NCBI GenBank assembly: GCA_903872345.1 | Contig: CAIQKM010000005.1 | Span: 4,601 to 68,600, forward strand | Origin: an uncultured Verrucomicrobia subdivision 3 bacterium | GTDB taxonomy: Bacteria; Verrucomicrobiota; Verrucomicrobiia; Limisphaerales; UBA11358 | Length of the DNA stretch: 64,000 nt | Reading direction: 5' to 3' | In this document: in pieces, positions 8,295-18,059 of the stretch | Layout of the letters: each line of letters begins with the position of its first letter | How positions within the stretch are numbered: the stretch's first letter is position 1 | Notes under the pieces: generated by a model | Told to the model about the DNA's origin: nothing | The model's input: only the letters and a program-made list of their open reading frames with translations | Databases searched by the model: none | Translations under genes and position numbers: made by a program

Positions 8295-10424
8295 TTACTG
8301 CTTCAATGACCGGTAGAAGCGCATGGGATTGGTGGCTTGCCGGTCGATGACCTGCCAGAACCCGTTGGAATCAGCCGTGTTGGTGCTGAGAAAAAACCAC
8401 GGACTGGAGGATAGATTGGAGGCCCATTCCACATAGTAGGGGAAGGTTGGCGTGCCCACGAAATTGATCTGGTTCGTACCTTGGCCGAGCTGTTTGATGC
8501 CGGTCGCCAGGCTCGTTCCTGTAACGGTCAGGGTGGCATCCACGCTCACCGCCACGCCGATGCTGTTGGTGACCACTACGGAATAAGTGCCGGCATCTCC
8601 GGCCCGGGCATTGCTGATTACCAATGTCGTGTTCGTTGCCAGGGCAATGGGCATAAAATTCTTCCGCCACTGATAACTCGAAGGCACCGCACTGGCAACC
8701 CCGACCGTAAAGCTTGCGTTGGTTCCAGCCCCGACGATCTGACTTTGCGGTTGGTTGGTGATGCTGGGCGAAATCAAACCAAATACTGAAACATTGGCGG
8801 TTGTGCCCACATAGACCCGGCCATTCACCACGGTTGGCACGGCGAACGAGACCGCCGGTCCCGGATTTTGACCCAGCGTGCTGCTACTATAAAGATCGGC
8901 CAGGCTGTACGCATCATAGGCATGTAACACAGCGGTGCTGGAATGATTTTCCAGTGCCCAGATGATGGCATTGGTCAGCCCGATCGATGACAAACTGGGA
9001 ATGGCGCCAATCGGTACATAGCTGGTGTTTGAATTGGTCGTAATGGTACCGCCCAGCACGGCATTTGTGAGGCTGAAGGCCAGCAGCGGACTGCGGATAC
9101 CGATATAATATACCAAGTGGTTGAAATAGACGGGGGTGCAGGCGCTCTTGAGCATTTTGCCGGTAATTTCCTGAACAATGAGGTCTCCCGCCGGCTGATA
9201 ATGGGTCAAATTATCCCGGTCCACCAAGTAGATTGTGCCAGCCTTGTCCGAACAAACCAGCAGATGCGGATGCGCCACGCTGCCGGCTTCGTCCGGCAGT
9301 ATGGCGATGCCGGCGGAGCCAAAATCCACATCATTCTGGTCCATGCTTTCCTGGTTATGCGGGGTGAAATAATCGGCCACTTGCAGTCCGTTTGTGCTGG
9401 CGAGCTTGATCAGACTGTCGCCATAATCATTATTCGTCGGACCGTCAAAGGTGCCGTTGCCGGTGGAAACATAAATGTTGCCGGCCGGATCGGTGGCCGG
9501 ACCGCACCCGTCTTCCCAAATCCCGGCTTGCGCGCCATTCGGATTGGTATTGAAAACCGCCACTTGGGCGAGCGTTTTGGCATTGTAACCCAGCAGCCAG
9601 CCGTGATAGGGATTCACATCCGCCAGCGAGGCGAAGGCAATATAGACAACCCCGTTATTCAGCAATAACCCCGGCCGATTATGCTCGCGCAACGGGTTGA
9701 AAGCCACCACTCCGTTGGTGCTGCCATCGCCCGTGCCGGCTACGGACGCCCGGATAACCACCGGCCCGCCAAATTTTTCCGCCCCGCTCGTGATGTCCAG
9801 CGCATGCAGCCGGTGGACGTAATTCGTAACGCCGCCAGCCATTTCCTTGGTCCGGGCTTCGACATAAATGGTGCCGCTGGCGGGATCAATGACCGGCGTA
9901 GCCGTAATGCCTACTTCTGGTGAAATGGGCGGCGTACCCAGTTCGGTGCTTGGTATGGTGGTGATGCCCGCAGCGGGATTCGTGAAACTGACCTGCCACA
10001 AGGGTGCTGAATTTGAACCGCCATTGCTGTCCGCATCAAATGCATAAACGCTGTCATGTTCGGTGGCCACAAACAGCACATTGTGCACCCTCCGGGAAAG
10101 GATGGCCACATTGGTCATGACCAATGGCTGGCCGAATACCTGACCATCCACCGGATAATTAAACAGCAGGCCAAAATTCGTTGAACTGACATTGGCCGGC
10201 GTCAGGATCATTTCGTTGGTGTTCTGTCCGGTCCGGGCATTGCTGTTATGATACGTCAACACCGCTCCATTTTGATAACCGCCTGCGGATGGTATGACAT
10301 ACGCAGCCATGGCTGGAGTCCCGACCAATGATAAGGCTGCCAAGAGGGACAACCACCAGCGAGCGCCAAACTTTAACCGCTGAATAAAAACCGAGCCGAG
10401 AAAGCATGTAAAATTTAGACGCAT
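8295..10424 (-). CDS. Secreted PQQ-like beta-propeller repeat protein with Ig-like (I-set) domain and C-terminal RFYR module
   Basis: Signal peptide. YHNSNARTGQN...VLFVATEHDSVYAFDADS resembles PQQ-like propeller surface proteins. Ig-like segment is ITNQPQSQIVGAGTNASFTV...GDAGTYSVVVTN. Ends ...MRFYRSLKQ. Confidence 0.7.
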   Translation of the reverse strand: MRLNFTCFLGSVFIQRLKFGARWWLSLLAALSLVGTPAMAAYVIPSAGGYQNGAVLTYHNSNARTGQNTNEMILTPANVSSTNFGLLFNYPVDGQVFGQPLVMTNVAILSRRVHNVLFVATEHDSVYAFDADSNGGSNSAPLWQVSFTNPAAGITTIPSTELGTPPISPEVGITATPVIDPASGTIYVEARTKEMAGGVTNYVHRLHALDITSGAEKFGGPVVIRASVAGTGDGSTNGVVAFNPLREHNRPGLLLNNGVVYIAFASLADVNPYHGWLLGYNAKTLAQVAVFNTNPNGAQAGIWEDGCGPATDPAGNIYVSTGNGTFDGPTNNDYGDSLIKLASTNGLQVADYFTPHNQESMDQNDVDFGSAGIAILPDEAGSVAHPHLLVCSDKAGTIYLVDRDNLTHYQPAGDLIVQEITGKMLKSACTPVYFNHLVYYIGIRSPLLAFSLTNAVLGGTITTNSNTSYVPIGAIPSLSSIGLTNAIIWALENHSSTAVLHAYDAYSLADLYSSSTLGQNPGPAVSFAVPTVVNGRVYVGTTANVSVFGLISPSITNQPQSQIVGAGTNASFTVGVASAVPSSYQWRKNFMPIALATNTTLVISNARAGDAGTYSVVVTNSIGVAVSVDATLTVTGTSLATGIKQLGQGTNQINFVGTPTFPYYVEWASNLSSSPWFFLSTNTADSNGFWQVIDRQATNPMRFYRSLKQ

Positions 10425-10640
10425 ACATCAAAAAACAAGGTGCTGTATAAGGTTTTTCTTTATACAGATTAATCCAAGTATTGAAAAGGCTTTATTCGCT
10501 TTGGAGTCAATCTGTTTGTATGCCGTTGCCCAAGCGCCCATTAAGGAGTCATGAACGGGCGCGAAGGAGTCGGGGCATGGTTTTGTGCTCTTTCCATCTG
10601 GCCTGCGCCTGCCAAAATGCCGTTGCCGCCTCAATTTTGG

Positions 10641-10677
10641 AATTCGTGCCCCATTCGTGAAGTTCGTGTCTCGCCCC
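10641..10677. repeat. Interspersed repeat family 'TTCGTG' (copy 2)
   Basis: aattcgtgccccattcgtgaagttcgtgtctcgcccc; see 381-417. Confidence 0.7.
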
Positions 10678-10794
10678 TTCCGCATCCTCCCGCGTTTGAC
10701 ATTTCAAAACCTGTGCTATATTGCCCGGGTGGAGGTTTACATGGTAAACTCACCGTCACGGCCAAACTTGCGCCCGGCTGCCCTGCTTTCCCCT

Positions 10795-10844
10795 GTGGAG
10801 TGCGGCGTCATGACGCCGCTTTGGAACTGGGAGACACGTCTCCC
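10795..10844. repeat. Half copy of the multi-hairpin element found complete at 44781-44864
   Basis: gtggagtgcggcgtcatgacgccgctttggaactgggagacacgtctccc is near-identical to 44781-44830. Confidence 0.65.
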
Positions 10845-10955
10845 CGTCCATCACACCGCCATGCCCACCCCCTCCCGGTGCGGGGTGGGGACGGCTCGTC
10901 CCCACGGTCGTGGATGTTGTGGACTGGTGGCCGCCCGCCAGCACCATCCAGGCCC

Positions 10956-11027
10956 AATCAAGGCAAAAACCCCGGCAATCGTGCTTGGTCAAGGCTTATC
11001 AAGCCTCATCAAGGCATATCAAGGCAT
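10956..11027. repeat. TCAAG[G/C]C heptamer array; four copies at exact 10-bp phasing (10989, 10999, 11009, 11019) plus one at 10958
   Basis: Read directly: ggTCAAGGCttaTCAAGCCtcaTCAAGGCataTCAAGGCat. Confidence 0.7.
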
Positions 11028-11100
11028 CCGCCAAAAAACATCCTTCCTTTGGAACTTCTCTCAAGTTTGGCGGTTGGAATTTGAAGTTACCTCGTCCCAT

Positions 11101-11220
11101 CCCCTTTGCGACTTTGCGACTTCGCGCCTTTGCGTTAAAACCTCGGCATCGAGTCACAATCAAGCCCCAATCAAGGCAGAAAACCCCTGTAATCGTGCTT
11201 CATCAAGCCTAATCAAGGCA
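11101..11220. repeat. Composite repeat: 'CCCTTTGCGACTTCGCG...TTTGCGTTAAAAC' unit followed by a TCAAG[G/C]C heptamer unit
   Basis: Same composite in the same order at 45789-45866. Heptamers at 11160, 11171, 11203 and 11213. Confidence 0.65.
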
Positions 11221-11329
11221 AACGTGAAATTTTCCCTGACCAACCCCATCCCGCAACCATCACCCAAAAGAGTTGGGCAGTTCGCCCGGCTCGCTGTAAC
11301 CCCCACAACCCAAACGCGTCTGCTCTTCC

Positions 11330-12340
11330 ATGAAACGGTCTATTTATGCCCAAGGATTTGCCCTCGCGGCGGCGTTCCTGCTGTCCGCCAGCGGGATGCG
11401 CGCGGCCGACACCTTCAAACCCGGCGACCTCTGGCCGGATGATCAGGGAAAGCACATCCAAGCCCACGGCGGCGGCGTCATTCAGTTAGGCGACACTTAT
11501 TACTGGTTCGGCGAAGACCGGGCGCCGGAGAATGGCCGGCGGATGCGCTGTGTCAGTTGCTATGCCTCCAAGGATCTCCTGCATTGGACCCACCGCGCGC
11601 AGGTGTTCAAGACCGACCATTTGGAGGATTTCGGCCGGGGCTGGATTCTCGAGCGCCCCAAGGTCTTTTACAACGCCAAGACCAAAAAGTACGTGATGTA
11701 CCTGCACATCGACGGCCCGTTGCCCGGGCATCGCGGCGGCTACGAACTGGCGCGCGTGGGCGTGGCGGTTTCCGATACCGTGGATGGCAACTATCAATAC
11801 CTCAAGAGCTTCCGGCCGCTGAACCATGAAAGCCGCGACCTCGGCCAGTTCATTGATGACGATGGCACCGCTTACCTGATTTTTGAGGACCGGCCGAACG
11901 GCTTTCACATCGCCCGGCTTTCCGATGATTATCTAACCGTGGAGAAAGACATCTGCCTGATTCCGGAACACCTGGAAGGCGGTGCACTGGTCCACTATAA
12001 CGGACTCTATTATGTCCTCGGCTCCCATCTGACCGGCTGGAATGCCAACCCGGATGTGTATGCCACCGCCAAATCCCTGTCCGGCCCGTGGTCGGAATTC
12101 AAAGACATCGCCCCGCCGGAAAAGAACACTTATGGCTCTCAATCCAGCATGTTGGTCAAGGTAACCGGCACCAAAACAACTTCGGTGATCTTCGTCGGCG
12201 ACATCTGGCGGCCGGACAACCTGGGAGATTCCCGCTATTTGTGGATGCCGTTGCAGATTGGCGATGGGAAATTGTCTTTGCCGGAACCGGCAGAATGGAC
12301 TTTGGACGTGCAAACTGGCGTCGCTACCGTTAAAAAGTAA
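11330..12340 (+). CDS. Glycoside hydrolase family 43 protein, secreted
   Basis: Signal peptide. IQAHGGGVIQLGDTYYWFGEDR and five-bladed propeller-like repeats typical of GH43. It is reminiscent of the exo-beta-1,3-galactanase subfamily, but that subfamily call is tentative. Confidence 0.8.
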   Translation: MKRSIYAQGFALAAAFLLSASGMRAADTFKPGDLWPDDQGKHIQAHGGGVIQLGDTYYWFGEDRAPENGRRMRCVSCYASKDLLHWTHRAQVFKTDHLEDFGRGWILERPKVFYNAKTKKYVMYLHIDGPLPGHRGGYELARVGVAVSDTVDGNYQYLKSFRPLNHESRDLGQFIDDDGTAYLIFEDRPNGFHIARLSDDYLTVEKDICLIPEHLEGGALVHYNGLYYVLGSHLTGWNANPDVYATAKSLSGPWSEFKDIAPPEKNTYGSQSSMLVKVTGTKTTSVIFVGDIWRPDNLGDSRYLWMPLQIGDGKLSLPEPAEWTLDVQTGVATVKK

Positions 12341-12350
12341 CCCAGCCATC

Positions 12351-13226
12351 ATGAAAAAACTTTTTGCCTCGGCCGCTTTGCTTGCCTCACTCATCGTCTC
12401 CCGCGCTGATATGTCATCTCCCATTCCGCTCTGGCCCGCCGGCGCACCCGGCGCGCTGGGCAATTCCGCCAAAGACATTCCCACCCTCACGCCCTATTTG
12501 CCGGATGGCACCAACGCCACCGGCGCCGCCATGGTCATCTGCCCCGGCGGTGGCTATGCCGGCCTGTCCCCGCACGAAGGCAACGATTACGCGCTCTGGC
12601 TGAACCAGTATGGCGTCACCTGTTTCGTGCTGAAATCGCGGCTTGGTTCCGGCGGCTACCATCACCCAGCCATGCTGTTGGATGCCGCCCGGGCCATGCG
12701 CTGGGTGCGGGCACACGCGGCCGATTACAAAATTGATGCCCACCGCATCGGCATCATGGGTTCCTCCGCCGGTGGCCACCTTGCCTCCACCCTCCTGACC
12801 CATTTCGACACCGGCAATTCCAACACCGCCGACGTCATCGAGCAGCAAAGCTCCCGCCCGGATCTGGGCATTCTTTGTTATGCCGTAATTACCATGGGTG
12901 AATTCACCCATCACGGTTCGCGGGACAACCTCCTCGGTAAAAATCCTGACCCCGCACTTGTAAAATTGCTCTCCAACGAACTCCAAGTATCCGACCAAAC
13001 CCCGCCGTGTTTCGTCTGGACGACATTTGAAGACAAGGCCGTCCCCATGGAAAACAGCCTGATGTTTGCCTCCGCCTTGCGGCAGCATCATGTGCCATTC
13101 GACCTGCACGTCTATCAAAAGGGCGGCCACGGCATGGGCTTGGCCGACAAACCTCCGTTCGCCCATCCCCATCCCTGGGCGGCGGACTGCCTCGTCTGGT
13201 TGCGCGTCCAAGGTTTTGTGAAGTGA
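12351..13226 (+). CDS. Alpha/beta hydrolase, esterase-type (carbohydrate esterase-like), secreted
   Basis: Signal peptide. Nucleophile elbow GSSAGGH. The start was moved to the ATG 10 nt after the GH43 stop, so the two genes are probably an operon. Confidence 0.8.
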   Translation: MKKLFASAALLASLIVSRADMSSPIPLWPAGAPGALGNSAKDIPTLTPYLPDGTNATGAAMVICPGGGYAGLSPHEGNDYALWLNQYGVTCFVLKSRLGSGGYHHPAMLLDAARAMRWVRAHAADYKIDAHRIGIMGSSAGGHLASTLLTHFDTGNSNTADVIEQQSSRPDLGILCYAVITMGEFTHHGSRDNLLGKNPDPALVKLLSNELQVSDQTPPCFVWTTFEDKAVPMENSLMFASALRQHHVPFDLHVYQKGGHGMGLADKPPFAHPHPWAADCLVWLRVQGFVK

Positions 13227-13482
13227 CCGGGCAGGATGTTCGCTGCCCCCAAATTCTAAGCCGTGGTCAGGCCGCAAACCGTTCGCACGGCTGGTTCTCT
13301 CCCTCTCCGCCATTGATAAATGAGGGAGGGTAGGGGTAAGGTGGCGCTCAACTATATAATCTCGGGGCCGTGTCAAGCTGCGGACGCGCCCGCGTTACGC
13401 TTCAATCCCGCATTGACCTGAATCGGGTTTTACCGCCAACCTGACCCCGGGCTTCTAACAAATAGAAGCCCCGTCAATCAAC

Positions 13483-14190
13483 ATGCCGAACCAAAAACAT
13501 AGCGCAACCACGTCAGACAAACCCAAACGGCCATACTGGGGCCTGCTGGGCCGGCGGTCCCTGCTGCTCCCCACCTGGCGCGGCTGGCTGTTGCTGCTCG
13601 GGTTGGCAGGCGGCTTGGGTTGGTTCGTATTGCACCATCTGGAACCGTTTTTGGCCGATAACGATCCGTTGCCCGATGGCGTGATGGTCGTGGAAGGCTG
13701 GGTGCCGGATTTCGGGATGCAGATGGTCATCCAGCAGGTCCGTCAAAGTCCTTATCACAAGATTTATGTGACCGGCGGACCGGTTGAAATCGGGGCACCG
13801 CTTTACCAATATCACACCCTCGCTGAATTGGGCGCGGCCACCCTGCGGGGCATGGGACTGGAGGCCTCCATGGTGCAAGCCGTCCCCTCACCACTGGTTT
13901 ACAAGGACCGCACCTACACCTCCGCGCTGGCCTTGCGTGACTGGTTTTTGGCCCATGGCGGCATTCCCAAGCAGATCAATTTAATCTCCGTCGGCCCGCA
14001 TTCCCGCCGCTCCCGGATGCTGTTTCAACGCGTGTTTGGCGATGCCGCCCAGATTGGCGTCACCGCGCTCGAAGATCCCAATTACGACGCCCGCCATTGG
14101 TGGCATACCAGCCAAGGGGTGCGAACCGTCACGGATGAGACCATTGCGTATTGCTACGCGAAGTTTCTCTTTTTCCGGTCACCGGAATGA
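13483..14190 (+). CDS. YdcF/ElyC (DUF218) family protein with N-terminal TM anchor
   Basis: 235 aa. TM helix, then VVEGW...YVTGG...DRTYTSALALRDW...ISVGPHSRRS pattern typical of DUF218. Confidence 0.7.
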   Translation: MPNQKHSATTSDKPKRPYWGLLGRRSLLLPTWRGWLLLLGLAGGLGWFVLHHLEPFLADNDPLPDGVMVVEGWVPDFGMQMVIQQVRQSPYHKIYVTGGPVEIGAPLYQYHTLAELGAATLRGMGLEASMVQAVPSPLVYKDRTYTSALALRDWFLAHGGIPKQINLISVGPHSRRSRMLFQRVFGDAAQIGVTALEDPNYDARHWWHTSQGVRTVTDETIAYCYAKFLFFRSPE

Positions 14191-14196
14191 CGGGAT

Positions 14197-14991
14197 CTAC
14201 GGAGTGAAAATCGCGTTCTGCACGCGCACCATGTCCGCCAGCGTGTTGCCCGTGGAGGCATCCCCGTGTTGCTCCGAGTTCAGCACCTTCCAGCCCCACC
14301 GTTCCGCATGGCCGTCCGCAAAGGCAAACGTGCCGCCCTTGGCATGGCGCACCGTCGGCGAATTCTGCCATTCCGTGGTCCCGGACTGCATCGCAAAATA
14401 ACCGTCATCAATGGTGTTGATGCTTTCGTCCACAAAAACCATCGCATTGACCGGCGCCGGCGAAATGATCTGGTTCATTTTCGTGTAGGCGGGATATTGG
14501 GGACCCAAAACATACTCCTGATCCCCGTTCATCCGGCCTTCAATGGAATAGTTGCGCACCAGTCGCGGCGAACTGGCGGCGGGGCACGCATAGACCCCCG
14601 GATTGGAGACATACGCAAATAACAAACCCTGTTGCAGGGCGAGAATGTTCGTGGCCCCGGTGGAGGTGTTCACCCAACCGGTTGTCTCGTTGATCCACGC
14701 CACCGTCGTGCCGCTCAAGGAATTGTCCATGACCGAATCCCCGGTGTCCCCCGCATACATGATCCAGCCCAGCCCCATCTGTTTCAAATTGCTAATGCAG
14801 GCAATGGTCTGCGCCCGCTGCTTGGCCCGGTTCAACGCCGGCAGCAGCATGGCCGCCAGAATCGCGATAATGGCAATCACCACCAGCAGTTCAATCAGGG
14901 TAAAACCCGTCCGCTGGCGCAAAGGAGTTTTGCGCGCCGGGCGTATCAATAAAATCGCTGCCGTCATTGTGGATGAATGGATCCAATTCAA
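14197..14991 (-). CDS. Prepilin-type N-terminal cleavage/methylation domain protein with H-X9-DG C-terminal motif (pseudopilin-like)
   Basis: [25 protein letters not shown] pilin N-terminus. C-terminal [13 protein letters not shown] is an exact H-X9-DG. The true start may be an internal Met. Confidence 0.85.
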   Translation of the reverse strand: MNWIHSSTMTAAILLIRPARKTPLRQRTGFTLIELLVVIAIIAILAAMLLPALNRAKQRAQTIACISNLKQMGLGWIMYAGDTGDSVMDNSLSGTTVAWINETTGWVNTSTGATNILALQQGLLFAYVSNPGVYACPAASSPRLVRNYSIEGRMNGDQEYVLGPQYPAYTKMNQIISPAPVNAMVFVDESINTIDDGYFAMQSGTTEWQNSPTVRHAKGGTFAFADGHAERWGWKVLNSEQHGDASTGNTLADMVRVQNAIFTP

Positions 14992-15122
14992 TGGCTACCG
15001 GATTTCTCCGTCCATGGAATTTGCACCTTCCCCGCAATGTGAACCGATTCAGCTTAAAATCAAGCGGGAAAAGTCTTTGGAAAAGACGCTCCAGTCAATT
15101 AACGGTTCTGCTTGGCAAATTA

Positions 15123-16907
15123 CTATTCAGGTGCTGGCCATACCCAATCGCCTGTTCGTATATCCGGATCAAATGTATCGAATCCTCGCTCAGGAAACGC
15201 CCCGCCATCATCCTTCTCATTCCAGCCAATAGAATAGAGCAGATACCGGCCTGTATCCGTACGCTGATACTGCAACGGCTGACCTCCCATGATGTCATGT
15301 GGAATCGTCTTCAGAAATCGGGGCGACAAGGCATCCAATGTTTCTGGATATTTCCCCGTGGCCAGCCGATAACGCTCCAAACAACATGCCACCCGGGCTA
15401 AATCCACTGCCTCCTTCGTATAAATGAATAGCTGGCAGTCATGCTCATGGGAAAAACGCAGGCCATTCGCCCTAAAAATATACCAAGGGTGGGTTGCATC
15501 TTCCACTTCATCCAAATTAATATCATATTGTGGAAAAGCCAGGTGCCTAGCCGGGTCCGCAATCCGCAATGCCTGCTCAAAATCGGTTTGCGCTATCTTT
15601 AGCCGCTGCCGATCAAACCAGCCGTCCGGTAAGAGATGAAATTCTAAGGCACCCAAAAGCATCCAGCGATCCCACTGAAATGTATGCTGGTTCACAAAAC
15701 ATGAATACCCCGCATAAACGTAGTAGTCGCGCGGATATTGATAGTAATCAATGGTCGCAAGATCGCTCGCTCGCCTACCGCGCAAAGCCATTTGCAAGTC
15801 AGCGAGCAGATTCGGTTGACTCAGCTTCCATTCCAACTCCAACAAATCGGCGTCCGCCCATTCATGCTTTACCAAACCATCAACCACTGGCTGAAGCATA
15901 TCTCTCAGGATTCTTGCCCGAACCAGTTGAGAAATCATAAACGGTTCGGTTCGGATGGCATCGGCCAGTCGCAATCCCAGTTTGACATCATCCAGCGCCT
16001 CCTCTGTGCGGCCCAGTTCCAATTCAGCGATTGCCCGCAAACTTAATACCTGACCGCATCTTGCCAATGAAGAAAGATGCGGCTGGCAGATACCCATTGG
16101 CGGAGCTATTTGATAGCCGAGCGGATATCGTGAATATGGCATATGACTGGCACGCCGCAATTCCCCGATGGTTGCATCGTATTTGCTCAACGCCAGCAAG
16201 ACATCTTCGGCCGGTGATTGCGCTTCCGGACTGATGCTAAATTCATTGGTGAAATTAGTCTGCTCGTAAAAAGTCAGTATGGGAGACCGGTAATAATTCT
16301 GCCACGCTTTCAAATCAGTTGTGTGACCAGACTGCCAGACGGCACTTGCCGGTTGATTGCTACACTCTAAACGATGAAAAATCGAACATTCCATCCGGTT
16401 TACCACATTGGTGTCCGGGGGTTTTAGAGGCTCACCGTCTTTGTCCAGACACCATCGGTAAGAACTGGCCACAATGGGTGTCAGGGCAAAATTTTGGCCA
16501 TCCGGCACCGGCGATGGCACAAAACTAGCGAAATCGAATTTTTCGCCTTTGGCCTCGCGATCATGTTTGAAGGTTGTCCAATCATACCAGCCGCGAAAAT
16601 CCTCCTCCCCGTAAAAAACAAGGATTACGACCAGCAGCGCGGCTCCGATGAGCAAAGACTGTTTGAAAATGCGCCAGCTAAAGAACCAGCGACAAAACTT
16701 TCGGACCAGCTTGAATGAGAGAGCCAGCAGCCAGAATAGTAACAGCGCAGTTCCTGAATTTATCAGTAAATGGACCGTAAAATCAGCGGGCGCAAAACCG
16801 TTAATGCCCCACGAACCCACCCAGAAGGACTGCAAGCAGGTAACCAGTAGGCCGGTCAGCAAGGCGCTGACCACCCCCCACCTCGCTCTATGCCATTGGC
16901 TCTTCAT
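15123..16907 (-). CDS. Hypothetical polytopic membrane protein with large extracytoplasmic helical domain and GspG-like C-terminal motif
   Basis: 594 aa. N-terminal TM helices and a TPR-like helical middle. The C-terminus LERYRLATGKYPETLDAL...IPHDIMGGQPLQYQR...YLLYSIGWNEKDDGG resembles the globular domain of major type II pseudopilins. The gene is markedly AT-richer than its neighbours. Confidence 0.6.
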   Translation of the reverse strand: MKSQWHRARWGVVSALLTGLLVTCLQSFWVGSWGINGFAPADFTVHLLINSGTALLLFWLLALSFKLVRKFCRWFFSWRIFKQSLLIGAALLVVILVFYGEEDFRGWYDWTTFKHDREAKGEKFDFASFVPSPVPDGQNFALTPIVASSYRWCLDKDGEPLKPPDTNVVNRMECSIFHRLECSNQPASAVWQSGHTTDLKAWQNYYRSPILTFYEQTNFTNEFSISPEAQSPAEDVLLALSKYDATIGELRRASHMPYSRYPLGYQIAPPMGICQPHLSSLARCGQVLSLRAIAELELGRTEEALDDVKLGLRLADAIRTEPFMISQLVRARILRDMLQPVVDGLVKHEWADADLLELEWKLSQPNLLADLQMALRGRRASDLATIDYYQYPRDYYVYAGYSCFVNQHTFQWDRWMLLGALEFHLLPDGWFDRQRLKIAQTDFEQALRIADPARHLAFPQYDINLDEVEDATHPWYIFRANGLRFSHEHDCQLFIYTKEAVDLARVACCLERYRLATGKYPETLDALSPRFLKTIPHDIMGGQPLQYQRTDTGRYLLYSIGWNEKDDGGAFPERGFDTFDPDIRTGDWVWPAPE

Positions 16908-16947
16908 GCCGGTCTGCGGGTTTAAAACCTCACCGGATTAACCACAC

Positions 16948-17820
16948 CTAACGCCCCGGTGAATATAGTGTATTGTCCAACAACTTAATGCCCGGCTTCT
17001 CAAACGTGATGCGCCGCGATTTGTACAGTGCGCCCAAGGCCTGTTTAAAAGCATTCTTGCTGCACGCAAAGGTGGTCCGGATCGATTCGGGGCTGCTGTT
17101 GTCGTCGAAGGGCAGGCGGCCGTCGTTGGCTTCGAGCAGTTCCACAATTTTCACTTTCAGCGGCGTCACACGCTGGTAGCCGGCGCGGTCCAGGCTCAGG
17201 TCCAGTTTACCGTCCTCCCGCGTAGCTTTCACAAACCCTTTCACCCGCTGGCCGATCATCAGCGGGCTTGCGAGATGGTCATGGTACAGCAAACCAAAAC
17301 AGTCATTCTCCACGATGCACGTGTAGCCGAGCGGCGTCTGCCGGATGATCATCAAATTGACCTGCTGTCCGTCCTGATAGGTGTAGGTGTCGCCGGGTTT
17401 GTTCAGATACCGCCGCAACCGGCTGGAAGCCACGATGCGCTGGGTGGTCGTATCCAGATACACATAGACCACGACCCATTCTCCGAGGCGAACCGGATCG
17501 TCTTGCTCGCGAAACGGCAGCAGCAAATCTTTCGACAGACCCCAGTCCAGAAACGCGCCCACCTTGCGGTTCACGCTCACCACCTGCAAGCTCGCGAATT
17601 CGCCCACCATCACGCGCGGGGTCTCGGTGGTGGCGACCAGCCGGTCCTCGGAATCCAGGTAGATGAATACGTCCATGAGGTCGCCGGGAGCCACATCCTT
17701 GGGGATGTAGCGTCCGGGCAGGAGGATTTCGCCCAGTTCCCCGCCATTCAGATAAAGGCCGGGACCGGAAGCTCGTTCGATGGACAGTTTGTTCCGTCGG
17801 CCAATGGTCGCCATACCCAT
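16948..17820 (-). CDS. CvfB/YitL family S1-like RNA-binding protein
   Basis: Repeated S1-like segments (GEFASLQVVSVNRKVGAFLDWGLSKDLLLPFREQ) and a C-terminal winged-helix-like tail. The start is taken at the internal MGMATIGRRN rather than the track's 17892. Confidence 0.8.
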   Translation of the reverse strand: MGMATIGRRNKLSIERASGPGLYLNGGELGEILLPGRYIPKDVAPGDLMDVFIYLDSEDRLVATTETPRVMVGEFASLQVVSVNRKVGAFLDWGLSKDLLLPFREQDDPVRLGEWVVVYVYLDTTTQRIVASSRLRRYLNKPGDTYTYQDGQQVNLMIIRQTPLGYTCIVENDCFGLLYHDHLASPLMIGQRVKGFVKATREDGKLDLSLDRAGYQRVTPLKVKIVELLEANDGRLPFDDNSSPESIRTTFACSKNAFKQALGALYKSRRITFEKPGIKLLDNTLYSPGR

Positions 17821-18059
17821 AATGTAATCGGTTCCGGCCCCGGCGGGAGAAAAATCGGGGGCATCTTGCCCCCGCCCCGTAGCGGCGGGCATCCTTGCCA
17901 GCCGTGGAGCCGGTGCTTCCAGCCCGGCGGGAAAGGCTCCGCTGGCACCAGCGGTTGGTAATTCGCCAGCGATCGGATGTTTTCACGGTTCTCCCCGGGC
18001 GGCAAGATGCCGCCCTCCACGGCAGGCAGGGATGCCCACCGCATACATTTTAAGCCGGT

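Noticed and set aside
10696-10722. Sigma-70-like promoter TTGACA-N15-TATATT
   Set aside because: The hexamers are good but the spacer is only 15 nt. The nearest downstream plus-strand gene is ~600 nt away behind repeat units, so there is no supportable product.
10956-11027. Possible CRISPR array suggested by regularly spaced short repeats
   Set aside because: The repeat unit is only 7 nt with 3-nt gaps (10-bp period). There are no 25-40-nt spacers, no cas genes, and the same units occur inverted elsewhere.
10585-11442. 285-aa plus-strand ORF spanning the 0.9-kb gap upstream of the GH43 gene
   Set aside because: It reads straight through several interspersed repeat units also found non-coding elsewhere in the window. 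It is Pro/Arg/Ser-rich and runs into the GH43 gene in a different frame.
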